A stretch of DNA of 50,582 bases, taken from NCBI GenBank assembly GCA_049424145.1, contig JBMSSC010000004.1, positions 1 to 50,582 of the forward strand, given 5' to 3'. The position numbers were made by a program, and so were the translations under genes. The notes beneath the pieces are model-generated. The model saw nothing but the letters and a program-made list of their open reading frames with translations. It had not been told where the DNA came from and made no database searches. This document shows, one piece after another, positions 37,128-45,878 of this stretch (its first letter is position 1; every line of letters begins with the position of its first letter). Source of the stretch: Bdellovibrionia bacterium (GTDB taxonomy: Bacteria; Bdellovibrionota; UBA1018).

Positions 37128-37478
37128 ATGTCAAAAGCAAATAGTGCACAGGAAAAGGGTAAGATCGGTTCACCAGCGGAACCTAAGGAAAAAACAAAGG
37201 AAATTCACGGGGGAGCAGCAGCTCAGCCTGGGGCCAAGCACGCCGCAGAGGCTAAGCCCACGAGCTCAAAGCATAAAGCCCATGCCGTAATGCCAGGGGG
37301 CTGCTTTTGCTATGGGTGCAAGCGAGAGGCTGTCCGGTTTAATTTCTGTAATGAACATTATGAACACTTTAAGTTTGGGCTCATCAAGAAAACAGGGGAG
37401 CCCGTTTCCGATTACGAGAAAAAGATTGATCACTTCTTGGCTTATCAAGCCAAGCGCAAAGTGACCCAAGTTGCGTAA
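37128..37478 (+). CDS. small basic protein with Cys/His putative zinc site
   Basis: AAGGAG RBS; C-x4-C-x9-C-x2-H pattern (CFCYGC...FCNEH) after a disordered Lys/Ala-rich N-terminus. Confidence 0.75.
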   Translation: MSKANSAQEKGKIGSPAEPKEKTKEIHGGAAAQPGAKHAAEAKPTSSKHKAHAVMPGGCFCYGCKREAVRFNFCNEHYEHFKFGLIKKTGEPVSDYEKKIDHFLAYQAKRKVTQVA

Positions 37479-37491
37479 CTGAACGTTACGC

Positions 37492-38256
37492 TTAGGAGCT
37501 GTACCCACCGCCTCCTCGAGAAGCCCCAAAATCGTTCTGGTTTTGGGGCTTCTTTCTTAGGCTGACTTCCTCTGCAAAGAGAGCTACTTTTTCTTTCAAA
37601 TCCGTTTCCACTTCCAGCTCTCCACTGGGTCCGAGTCCCAGGATCACTCCAGATTCATGCCCCTCGCCCCACTGGACGAGCGTTCCTTTTTTCAAAACGG
37701 CCCACCGCCAGTACTCACTCTCACTTTGGGCGGATCCTTTCAGCATCAAACGATCGATTTCTTGAACCACGGAACCGATGATCCCCATGCGGATGGAGTC
37801 GGCTGTGATTGGCTCAAAATGAGCAGAGCTTAGATCGGTGCACTGAAACTCAGGAGATGAAGGAGCATGGCTGCAGTTGAGTCCAATTCCGATAACGATT
37901 GAAGTGGAGGAGCTTTCACAAAGGATCCCGCCCACTTTCTTGCCGCTTAAGAGCAAGTCATTGGGCCATTTGATCTGAAGCTCAAGTTTGGGGAAGGTGA
38001 GGCTCAAGTAGCGGACAACGCCTAATGCGGTGGTCAGTGGGACCCAAGTCCATAGGAAACGATCCGGGATTCGAACGACGATGGAAAGAAAGAGGTTTCC
38101 TGTTACTGACTCCCATCTTCTGCCTAAGCGACCGCGGCCAAGGGTCTGACGGCTTGCCGAAATCCAGCTTCCATGAGGGGCTCCCTCCTCAGCTAATTTT
38201 TTAGCCAGGTCATTGGTCGAGTCGCATTGATCGAGAACTTGATTGGGTTGAAGCAT
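37492..38256 (-). CDS. birA: biotin--[acetyl-CoA-carboxylase] ligase (no HTH)
   Basis: DSTN, QTLGRGRLGRRW, IKWPNDL, KVGGILCE, GIGLN; probable start ATG 38256. Confidence 0.93.
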   Translation of the reverse strand: MLQPNQVLDQCDSTNDLAKKLAEEGAPHGSWISASRQTLGRGRLGRRWESVTGNLFLSIVVRIPDRFLWTWVPLTTALGVVRYLSLTFPKLELQIKWPNDLLLSGKKVGGILCESSSTSIVIGIGLNCSHAPSSPEFQCTDLSSAHFEPITADSIRMGIIGSVVQEIDRLMLKGSAQSESEYWRWAVLKKGTLVQWGEGHESGVILGLGPSGELEVETDLKEKVALFAEEVSLRKKPQNQNDFGASRGGGGYSS

Positions 38257-38537
38257 CTTTTTTTTGACGAAACGAAAACTCCTTGGAGATGACGGAGGCT
38301 CGCATGGCAAGCCTTGAGTGTCGAGGGTTTCTTATACCCAAAGTGGGTTTTTAGGAGAGTTTTTTTGTGTACTTTCAGTTGGCCCTCTTCTCATGGTAAG
38401 GAGAGGGAAGGAAGCTTTTGAAAATCAAACCAGCCGGTTTTCGTTTGGTCTGAGGCTGAGACAAGTCAGTGGCACCGTGAGATTTTTTCCAGACGGGTGT
38501 TGAGAGGGCGGCGGAGAAGAAAGATGGATTTGAAATC

Positions 38538-39266
38538 ATGATTCGAAATTTAAGTGAACGATCTCTCTCTCAAATCAGGCCCTTGAAGATTGAGACTCAT
38601 GTTAACCGATATGCGGAGGGATCTGCACTGATTCAGGCAGGCCATACTCACGTCCTTTGCACGGCAACCATTGAGAAATCAGTTCCTGCTTGGATGGTGG
38701 GAAAGGGGCAGGGTTGGATTACGGCCGAGTATGCTATGTTGCCTCGGGCAACTCATACGAGAAGTAAAAGGGATCGAGAGAAGGTCTCGGGCCGCACTCA
38801 GGAGATTCAGCGACTGATTGGACGAGCGCTTCGTGCGACCGTGGATCTCACTCAACTGGGCGAGCGCTCGATCCTCATTGATTGTGATGTTCTTCAGGCG
38901 GATGGAGGCACTCGCACGGCCTCGATTACGGGAGGATGTGTGGCCTTGGCCTTAGCTGTTGAAAAGCTCATCTTAGAGCAAAAGGTTTCAAAAAGCGTTT
39001 GGCTCAACACAGTGGCTGCAGTCAGTCTGGGGATTCATGATGGACAGGTTTTAGTGGATTTAGATTATCAGGAAGACTCCACCTGTGATGTGGATATGAA
39101 CTTTGTGATGACTGGGCGAGGACAATGGGTTGAAGTTCAGGGAACGGGAGAAAAAAAGACCTTCTCTCCTGATGACCTGTCTGCGATGACTCAGGCTGCT
39201 TCAGGTGCTTTCGAGCAGATTCGGAGGATTCAAAATCAGGTGATTCCTTCGATCTTACTCGGATAG
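38538..39266 (+). CDS. rph: ribonuclease PH
   Basis: GWITAEYAMLPRAT, GRTQEIQRLIGRALR, DCDVLQADGGTRTASITG. Confidence 0.97.
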   Translation: MIRNLSERSLSQIRPLKIETHVNRYAEGSALIQAGHTHVLCTATIEKSVPAWMVGKGQGWITAEYAMLPRATHTRSKRDREKVSGRTQEIQRLIGRALRATVDLTQLGERSILIDCDVLQADGGTRTASITGGCVALALAVEKLILEQKVSKSVWLNTVAAVSLGIHDGQVLVDLDYQEDSTCDVDMNFVMTGRGQWVEVQGTGEKKTFSPDDLSAMTQAASGAFEQIRRIQNQVIPSILLG

Positions 39267-40526
39267 GAGTTTTTGGATTTCTTGCTTCACCAGCTTTTCA
39301 GTGATCTCAGGTAGGAGTTTTTGAATCCTCTTTTCAAGCATGGCTTCAATTTGATTGTGAATGATGGCATCGATTTTCTCTTCCGAGGGCAATAGGGTTG
39401 CAGCGGAGCGAAACTCGGCCTCTGTTTCTGAGTCAAATTCAGATGCGTGGGCTCCAAAGCCGTCCTCTTGAGGTAGCGGTGGAGGAGTCACAGGAGGGAG
39501 ATCAAAGGAAGCTGCCGCACGATCACTTAGGCTGATTTCGGGCAGCGAGTGGTCGAAATGCAGGTCGTTGCCCATGGGAGGAGGAGGCGGTGGCATAGTT
39601 TCCCGAGAGGTAGTCCTGGAGGAGTTGAGCTGAAAGGAAGAACCGCCGCGATCCATGAGCGCTGTCGGGGGTTTTAATGACGGTTCACTCATGTTCCATT
39701 GGTAATCGTCCAAGCCAGAAATTCTGAGCGTGGATTCGGTTAATTTCTTGATGTCTTGGTCGTCGAAGTCTCCGGAGCTGAAAGAAGGCGGAGCGTCTGT
39801 AAATCCCAGGCTGTCTGCCGATTCAAGTGGCAAAGCAGGGAGTTCCTCCTGAGGGAGGGGAAGATCTTTGGGAAATGGTGGAATTGCCTCAGGCCCCCTG
39901 AAGTGATCATTGGTAAAATCAGGAAGACTCCCCAGTTCGGGGAAGTCTTGAGTTTCCTCAGGCGAAAAAGCAGGAGGCAGGGGAGTTGCTGGAGTCGACC
40001 GCTGTTGCATTGAAGGGAAAGGCGGCGTTCCTAATGCAGGGGGTTCGGCTCGAGTAGGACTACTGGGTTGTGGTTGGTTCCGCTGGGTTTTGCCCCCCGG
40101 ATTCATGAGGTGAGAAGGATGAATGAAGGTGGTGGGCTCTTCCCGCTTGGCGGTCAGTTCAGCTAAGACGTCTGCGAGAACTTTTCTTAAGTGTGCAGGA
40201 TCAAAAGGCTTCGTCAGTCTTCCGTGAAACTTGACTTCTTCAATTTGGGATTCGTCAATTTTTTCAAACGCGCTTGAGATGAGAACAAAGCACGTTTCTC
40301 GGTAGTCTTCATGGGTGTTGATTTCTCTTTTCACCTCAAAGGCATTTTTTCCTGGAAGAGAAACGTCGATTAAGACCAGATCTGGGCGAGAAAGGAGGAT
40401 TTGGTTCACCGCATCGCCGCCGTCTGAAACCGCAGTGATTTCATACCCCTCATTAGACAAGGCGAGTCGAATCACCTTTTGAATGGTCAAACTATCATCC
40501 GCTACAAGCAGCTTTTTACCAGACAT
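39255..40526 (-). CDS. romR: RomR-like response regulator (receiver, Pro-rich linker, conserved C-terminal helix)
   Basis: LLVADDSLTIQKVI receiver, long Pro/acidic linker, C-terminal LLPEITEKLVKQEIQKL; same architecture as Myxococcus/Bdellovibrio RomR. Confidence 0.75.
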   Translation of the reverse strand: MSGKKLLVADDSLTIQKVIRLALSNEGYEITAVSDGGDAVNQILLSRPDLVLIDVSLPGKNAFEVKREINTHEDYRETCFVLISSAFEKIDESQIEEVKFHGRLTKPFDPAHLRKVLADVLAELTAKREEPTTFIHPSHLMNPGGKTQRNQPQPSSPTRAEPPALGTPPFPSMQQRSTPATPLPPAFSPEETQDFPELGSLPDFTNDHFRGPEAIPPFPKDLPLPQEELPALPLESADSLGFTDAPPSFSSGDFDDQDIKKLTESTLRISGLDDYQWNMSEPSLKPPTALMDRGGSSFQLNSSRTTSRETMPPPPPPMGNDLHFDHSLPEISLSDRAAASFDLPPVTPPPLPQEDGFGAHASEFDSETEAEFRSAATLLPSEEKIDAIIHNQIEAMLEKRIQKLLPEITEKLVKQEIQKLLSE

Positions 40527-40579
40527 GTTATTTAAAATTGTGTCACCTCCTGATCTTGCTGTAAAGCCTCACAATAAAT

Positions 40580-40588
40580 TGATATACT
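40580..40588 (+). promoter_or_regulatory. extended -10 promoter of the putative 6S RNA
   Basis: TG-A-TATACT 6 nt upstream of the RNA 5' end. Confidence 0.55.
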
Positions 40589-40594
40589 GATTTT

Positions 40595-40757
40595 GTCCTG
40601 AGGGTCGACATTTACCATTTGGACCCTACAGTCAATAACCCAGGGGGCTGTCCCTGCTCAGTGGTGTGCATGCCTGATGATTCAGGAAGCCTAAAGCGAG
40701 TATACGGCGCCCACTTATACTTTCTGGGTTCCAATTGACTTTGTCGATCCTCAGGGC
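40595..40757 (+). ncRNA. ssrS: probable 6S RNA
   Basis: About 163-nt rod: closing stem GTCCTGAGGGTCGACA/TGTCGATCCTCAGGGC; inner stems AGTCAAT/ATTGACT and AACCCAGGGG/TTTCTGGGTT; central bubble; CGGCGCCCAC element; terminal CCTGA/TCAGG hairpin. Confidence 0.75.
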
Positions 40758-40791
40758 CTGATCATTCATGGGGATGAAAAAGGGGGAATCA

Positions 40792-41421
40792 ATGAGTCGC
40801 TTTCAAGATATTTTGCCTTCTCAGCAAGGCTGGATTCATGAATTAGCTCAATCAGAAATACATCCAGATGCAGAAAAACTGCTTCACTTAGGCAGAAGTT
40901 TTGATCCCCACCAACTAGTTGAGGAAAGCACCATCGATTTTTTGGCGGAACTCAAAGAGCACTTCACTCATTTTGCAAGAGTTCTCAATAGTTATTCAGA
41001 AAATGGATCGAAGTTCCAGGATGTCAAAGTATACGCTCTTGCTCAAAGTGCAGCAGATTTCATGCTCTTTCGAAACCAAGTGAAGCTCATTTTTTCTAAC
41101 TCTGCTCATGGAGTCATTCAGATCTCCTTTGCTCAGCACATGAGAGGATCGTTGGCTATCGATGGATTTGAGGCGAAAGGTTCAACCCTCAGTTCCTCCT
41201 CCTTAACCGATCAGACGCTGGATTTACTTGCCCAAGTCGGACCCTTTCGAGATGTCTATTGGACGTTTCAGGGGGAAAAGGTTTCTCCCGAGCAAGTGGC
41301 TAAGTTTTATTTTTCTGAATTCATCAAGATTACTCGAAATTCAAAAAAATCAACCCTCGGGAATCAACTCTTGCTGGATCAAATTAAAGCTCTCCTCCAA
41401 GAGAAGGGGTTGAACCTTTAA
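40792..41421 (+). CDS. conserved-looking hypothetical protein
   Basis: 209-aa soluble ORF; AGGGGG RBS before ATG 40792. Confidence 0.75.
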   Translation: MSRFQDILPSQQGWIHELAQSEIHPDAEKLLHLGRSFDPHQLVEESTIDFLAELKEHFTHFARVLNSYSENGSKFQDVKVYALAQSAADFMLFRNQVKLIFSNSAHGVIQISFAQHMRGSLAIDGFEAKGSTLSSSSLTDQTLDLLAQVGPFRDVYWTFQGEKVSPEQVAKFYFSEFIKITRNSKKSTLGNQLLLDQIKALLQEKGLNL

Positions 41422-42264
41422 AGTTTGGTAGGAAAGAGTTGAGTTTAAGGAAAAATCTAAGACCCCACGTTCAGGAGTTAAAGTGGGGGCCTCTTTTTGT
41501 GGTTGAATTGAAATCAGCATCTCATCATATCCAAAAAACTTCGCGTATCGTCGTGAAAATTCATAATGAGTGAGTTTCGTGAGTCCACCAAAATGGAATA
41601 TTTTATTTTTAATTCCAGATTGAATGAGAGCCTTCACTGTTGCAATGAAAGAGGGGGCGTAGACAAACGAGTGAAGCTCGTGATGCGGGGCCTCAAATCT
41701 CTGGTTACGATCTAAGGACATTCTGAGTCGATCCAGAAAAGAGAGGTTTTTTCCGTTCCCGCGCCCAAAAATGGGACTGGATCGCAAAATTAGGTAATTC
41801 ATGCACTTGCTGCGAATGACGCTTTCGGTCGAAGAAGTGAGTTTTCCCAGAAGATTCGACGATAAGGTGATCTCGTTTTCATGATAGTTCCCATGGGTCC
41901 CATCAAAAACATAGGAATTGGAAAGAAAAATAAAAAGAGGGGGATTCATACCGACAATTAAGGCCAATGACGAGGGACCATCAGCATGCACTCGCTCTGC
42001 ATCTTTTGGGTTCTTCATACACCATTGAAGATCAGGATTACCAAGCGCGCTAATCACAATATCTGGCTGAATGGTGGTGATCATCTTTTGCATCCAATCT
42101 CGCCTGGATACATGGCAGGGAATAAAAGTAACCCCCGGAATCTGGATCGGGTGGCTAAAGTAGGTTGCATAGACTTTGTAGTCATTCCGTAAACTCATGG
42201 CTAAATGAGTGCCTACAAATCCGCTTCCACCAAAGATTAAAACAGACTTCACTCCTTGAGTCAT
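41350..42264 (-). CDS. RmlD-like extended SDR with degenerate catalytic residues
   Basis: IFGGSGFVG Rossmann motif, YVFDG..G.Y.E, ILRSS..FG; the YxxxK position reads LGKLT. Confidence 0.8.
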   Translation of the reverse strand: MTQGVKSVLIFGGSGFVGTHLAMSLRNDYKVYATYFSHPIQIPGVTFIPCHVSRRDWMQKMITTIQPDIVISALGNPDLQWCMKNPKDAERVHADGPSSLALIVGMNPPLFIFLSNSYVFDGTHGNYHENEITLSSNLLGKLTSSTESVIRSKCMNYLILRSSPIFGRGNGKNLSFLDRLRMSLDRNQRFEAPHHELHSFVYAPSFIATVKALIQSGIKNKIFHFGGLTKLTHYEFSRRYAKFFGYDEMLISIQPQKEAPTLTPERGVLDFSLNSTLSYQTLKVQPLLLEESFNLIQQELIPEG

Positions 42265-42315
42265 AGTTTCAGTTTAACTCTAAGTTTGGATGAACATCAA
42301 TTTAGACTTTCGTCT

Positions 42316-42355
42316 CCCATCGGTTTCCCCTCTCCATGGAGGGGAAACCGATGGG
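42316..42355 (-). terminator. perfect 17-bp hairpin downstream of the flagellin gene
   Basis: CCCATCGGTTTCCCCTC-N6-GAGGGGAAACCGATGGG; no U-tract. Confidence 0.6.
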
Positions 42356-42393
42356 GTAAGACGGGCTGTAACCCAAGACGTTCAAGATCGATT

Positions 42394-43227
42394 TCAACCG
42401 AGTAATTTGGTGGCTGCTCCGATCACATTATTTGCGTGTCCGAGCACTGCAACCCCCGACTGAAGGAGGATGTTCTGTTTGGTCATTTCAGCAACCTCCT
42501 CTGCGATATCAGCATCTCGAATTCGACTATTTGCTGCCGACATATTCTCATCACTAATCATCTGGTTATTGATCGTGGATTGAAGCCGATTCTGAAGTGC
42601 TCCAAGCTCTGATCGAATTTGATTGACTCGAATCATCGAGTCGTCGATGGCTGACAGACTCATTTGCGCCCCCTGTTTTGTGGAAACAGATTCCCCTGCA
42701 AGCTTTAAGGCGTCGAGTGAAACATCAGCCTTATCGCCGTTAAATACGATACGATCCAATACTGGGTTGTTATGAATGCCTACTTGAATCTCCATAATTC
42801 CTCCTCTTCCATTGAGTAGTGGTGTGTTATTAAATTCCGTGACGTTTGCTATCCGATCGACCTCGTTTTTTAAGCTTTGAAACTCATGGTCCACAAAGCT
42901 TCTCTCGGTATCCCCAATCGTATCTGAGGCCGCTTGGATCGCGAGTTCGCGCAATCGCACTAAGATATTAGCAACCTCACTGACTCCTCCTTCTGTGACC
43001 TGAACCAGAGAAACTCCATCTAATGAGTTTCGCTTGGCCTGTCGAATGCCTCGGATATTGGCCCTGAGATTTTCGGATATCGCAAGCCCCGCAGCGTCAT
43101 CCCCTGCACGGTTGATTCGACTTCCGCTGGATAACCTCTCTAAGGCCCGATCCAAATTCATTCGGGTCGTGTTCAACATCCGCTGTCCGTTCATGGACGT
43201 GATGTTGGTATTTACTCGAAGTCCCAT
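42394..43227 (-). CDS. fliC: flagellin (277 aa)
   Basis: MGLRVNTN, LSSGSRINRAGDDAAGLAISE, RSELGALQNRL, SRIRDAD; true start ATG 43227 with GGAGG RBS. Confidence 0.96.
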   Translation of the reverse strand: MGLRVNTNITSMNGQRMLNTTRMNLDRALERLSSGSRINRAGDDAAGLAISENLRANIRGIRQAKRNSLDGVSLVQVTEGGVSEVANILVRLRELAIQAASDTIGDTERSFVDHEFQSLKNEVDRIANVTEFNNTPLLNGRGGIMEIQVGIHNNPVLDRIVFNGDKADVSLDALKLAGESVSTKQGAQMSLSAIDDSMIRVNQIRSELGALQNRLQSTINNQMISDENMSAANSRIRDADIAEEVAEMTKQNILLQSGVAVLGHANNVIGAATKLLG

Positions 43228-43447
43228 ACTTCTTCCCTCCCTACACGCTATGCTCCATGTCTCTGTAGGCCCGACTATCTCTCCTGAGGGAGCGACGAGT
43301 GTCTCCCTCAGGCTCCTACCAATGGACTGAGTCAATCGACTCAATCCAATCGAAGAGAGTTCTTTAGTCTCACTGAGCGCTTCCCTCAGGATGGGCTCAG
43401 TGTTATCCTATTGCGGCCTACCCTCTATGGTTCTGATCTCAAAGCCC

Positions 43448-44281
43448 CTACTGTAACAATTTCAACGCATGTGAATTGGTTGTATTGGCTTGACTTAAGA
43501 CAGATACTCCGGCTTGCATCAGAATATTCTGTTTCGTCATGTTTGAGATCTCCTCGGCCATGTCCGTGTCTCGGATACGGCTATAGGCAGTGGAGAGGTT
43601 TTCATCCGTGACTGCTAAGTTATTGATCGTGGACTGAAGTCGGTTCTGCATGGCCCCCAAATCAGCGCGAATGCTGTTGACTCGAATTAACGCATCGTCA
43701 ATCACAGTCAACGAAAGCTGAGCGCCTTGCTTGGTTGCTACCGATTCACCTCCGAGCTTCAGTGCGTCGAGGCTTGCATCGGCTCGCTCCCCGTTATAAG
43801 TCACGCGGTCTAAAATGGGGTTGTTTTGCGTTCCAACCTGAATCTCAAGAATCCCCACTTTTCCGTTTAACAGAGGAGTTCCGTTAAACGCAGTCATATT
43901 CGCGATACGATCAATTTCTTGTTTCAGCGATTGAAACTCTCGATCGGTGAATTGTCGTTCAGAGTCCCCAATCGTATCAGAAGCGGATTGAACGGCTAAC
44001 TCGCGAAGACGAATCAGCATGTTTGAAATTTCGTTTAAGCCCCCTTCTGAGACCTGCATCAAGGATAAACCGTCTTGCGCGTTTCGCTTCGCCTGACGCA
44101 TCCCTCTGAGCTGAGCTCTTAGGTTTTCTGAGATGGCAAGGCCTGCTGCATCGTCTCCGGCGTGGTTAATTCTCGTTCCACTGGCCAGTTTTTCAAAGGA
44201 AGAATCTAAGTTCATCCTCGTAATAGCCATCTGTCTCTGTGCATTGAGAGATGTGACGTTCGTCGATATTCTTAAACCCAT
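43448..44281 (-). CDS. fliC: flagellin (277 aa)
   Basis: MGLRISTN, DDAAGLAISE, RADLGAMQNRL, SRIRDTD. Confidence 0.96.
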   Translation of the reverse strand: MGLRISTNVTSLNAQRQMAITRMNLDSSFEKLASGTRINHAGDDAAGLAISENLRAQLRGMRQAKRNAQDGLSLMQVSEGGLNEISNMLIRLRELAVQSASDTIGDSERQFTDREFQSLKQEIDRIANMTAFNGTPLLNGKVGILEIQVGTQNNPILDRVTYNGERADASLDALKLGGESVATKQGAQLSLTVIDDALIRVNSIRADLGAMQNRLQSTINNLAVTDENLSTAYSRIRDTDMAEEISNMTKQNILMQAGVSVLSQANTTNSHALKLLQ

Positions 44282-44358
44282 AATTAGCCTCCATTCATAT
44301 GTGCTTCCCTCCTTGGTAGCCTGTCAATTTCCGTAGTGACAGTAAGCATCCGTGCTTA
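44282..44358 (-). promoter_or_regulatory. array of ANGGA motifs in hairpins (CsrA/RsmA-type sites) in the flagellin leader
   Basis: mRNA sense: TAAGCA-CGGA-TGCTTA; CTGTCA-CTACGGAAAT-TGACAG; CCAAGGAGGG; AATGGAGG overlapping the SD. Confidence 0.65.
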
Positions 44359-44522
44359 GATTATTGATTGATATCCCCTAATTCGCTGACCATTCAGTGA
44401 ATTAAGACCATGCTTCTTAAATCAGTTAAAAAACATGGATTTTTTTAAAAAATCCTCACTAAAAGATTCAAAATCTCTAAACTGCGAACAAAAATTAAAC
44501 AAGAATCCATGAATCAAGCGAT

Positions 44523-44597
44523 CACCTCATGCATACAAACACCTCATGCATACAAACACCTCATGCATACAAACACCTCACGCATACAGACACCTCA
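44523..44597. repeat. 17-bp tandem repeat (VNTR), about 4.4 copies
   Basis: CACCTCATGCATACAAA x3 perfect, then CACCTCACGCATACAGA, then CACCTCA. Confidence 0.95.
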
Positions 44598-44756
44598 GCC
44601 GTAAAACCCATCTCGGACTACAAATTCTCTTCTTTTGGAGGTGCTCAAACACGCTTCGTTCTTTCCTCTCCGAAGCTCAGATGCACGTTCTTTGTTGATG
44701 AGCTCATCCCCTTATCTTTTTCTTCCGACCCCTGGATCCTTGATTTTTAGGTCCTT

Positions 44757-44795
44757 CCCACCCAGAAGTGGGTCTTCATGACGCCTCTGGGTGGG
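44757..44795 (-). terminator. hairpin downstream of the first-transcribed flagellin gene
   Basis: CCCACCCAGA / TCTGGGTGGG 10-bp inverted repeat. Confidence 0.45.
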
Positions 44796-44866
44796 GGTGC
44801 CTTTTCCAGGAAACAGCGCAGGTTCTTGGCCTGTGCATTTGGGTCAAAATTTGTTCTCCTTGCCTA

Positions 44867-45715
44867 TCAGTTTCCTCCTTGTCCTAATAGGTTCAGGGCA
44901 CTCTTCATGGTTGTATTGGCTTGAGTTAAAATTGATACCCCGGCTTGAGATAAAATTTGATTTCGAGTGAGCTCAGTAGTCTCTTCAGCAATATCCGTGT
45001 CACGGATACGGCTGGTTGCTGTCACGATGTTCTCTCGGCTAATTCTGATATTGTTGACGATCGATTGAAGTCGGTTTTGTACAGCACCCAGTTGAGCTCT
45101 GAGTTGCGTCAGAGTATTCAGTCCGCCATCAATGGCTTCCAGTGAGTTTTGGGCGCTAATTTTGTCATTGACTGAGGTCAGGTTGACTCCTAAGGAAACT
45201 GCGCTTACGTCGTTGGAGTTGCCTTCAAAGAGCTTAATGCGGTCGATGACGGGGTTGTTTCCAATTCCAATTTGGATCTCATATTGGGATTGAGACCCAT
45301 TTAAGAGTGGGGCTTGATTAAATTGGGTGCTTCCTGCAATCCGATCAATTTCACTGAGGGATTGCTGAAACTCAATATTCAGGAACTTACGTTCTGAGTC
45401 TCCAATTGTATCTGAGGCGGCTTGAACTCCAAGCTCCCTCATTCGAATCAAGAGGTTTGAAATTTCTTGAAGAGCGCCTTCGGCGATTTGTACGACGGAG
45501 ATTCCATCTTGAGCATTGTGCTCGGTTTGAGTGAGTCCACGGATCTGAGCTCTTAAGGACTCAGAAACGGCAAGGCCTGCTGCATTGTCTCCTGCGTGAT
45601 TGATCTTCAGCCCAGAACTGAGCCGTTCGAAGTTACGGTCTAGGTCAGTGCGAGCTGTGCGCAGATGTCGCTGAGCGACTAAGGCAGGCACATTTGTATT
45701 GAATCGCAGACCCAT
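44867..45715 (-). CDS. fliC: flagellin (282 aa)
   Basis: MGLRFNTN, LSSGLKINHAGDNAAGLA, RAQLGAVQNRL, SRIRDTD. Confidence 0.96.
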   Translation of the reverse strand: MGLRFNTNVPALVAQRHLRTARTDLDRNFERLSSGLKINHAGDNAAGLAVSESLRAQIRGLTQTEHNAQDGISVVQIAEGALQEISNLLIRMRELGVQAASDTIGDSERKFLNIEFQQSLSEIDRIAGSTQFNQAPLLNGSQSQYEIQIGIGNNPVIDRIKLFEGNSNDVSAVSLGVNLTSVNDKISAQNSLEAIDGGLNTLTQLRAQLGAVQNRLQSIVNNIRISRENIVTATSRIRDTDIAEETTELTRNQILSQAGVSILTQANTTMKSALNLLGQGGN

Positions 45716-45716
45716 A

Positions 45717-45808
45717 TCCTTCCTCCATGAAGGAACTACCCGAGCCTATCCTAGGCTCGTATCGAAGAAGAATATCGGTGCTCCGTTATGGAGCACCAAT
45801 TTCTTCTT
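45717..45808 (-). promoter_or_regulatory. structured flagellin 5' UTR with three GGA hairpins (CsrA-type)
   Basis: mRNA sense: GGTGCTCC-ATAAC-GGAGCACC; CGAGCCTA-GGA-TAGGCTCG; TCCTTC-ATGGAG-GAAGGA sequestering the SD. Confidence 0.65.
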
Positions 45809-45817
45809 ACATGAAAC

Positions 45818-45844
45818 AGATCGGATCTTAGGGAAAAACCTTAA
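45818..45844 (-). promoter_or_regulatory. sigma28 (FliA)-type promoter of flagellin
   Basis: TTAA-N15-TCCGATCT vs consensus TAAA-N15-GCCGATAA; predicted TSS just before the structured UTR. Confidence 0.65.
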
Positions 45845-45878
45845 GACTTTTTTTTAGAGAGTGCTGGGTTTTCTGTTT

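Noticed and set aside
43228..43344. 39-aa N-terminal extension of flagellin
   Set aside because: Paralogues start at MGLR; a GGAGG RBS precedes ATG 43227; the region is a structured UTR
44523..44597. Possible CRISPR array
   Set aside because: Units are directly adjacent 17-mers with no unique spacers, and there are no cas genes; it is a VNTR
44529..44750. 73-aa ORF across the VNTR
   Set aside because: Arises from a 17-bp (non-triplet) repeat; no RBS; no protein-like features
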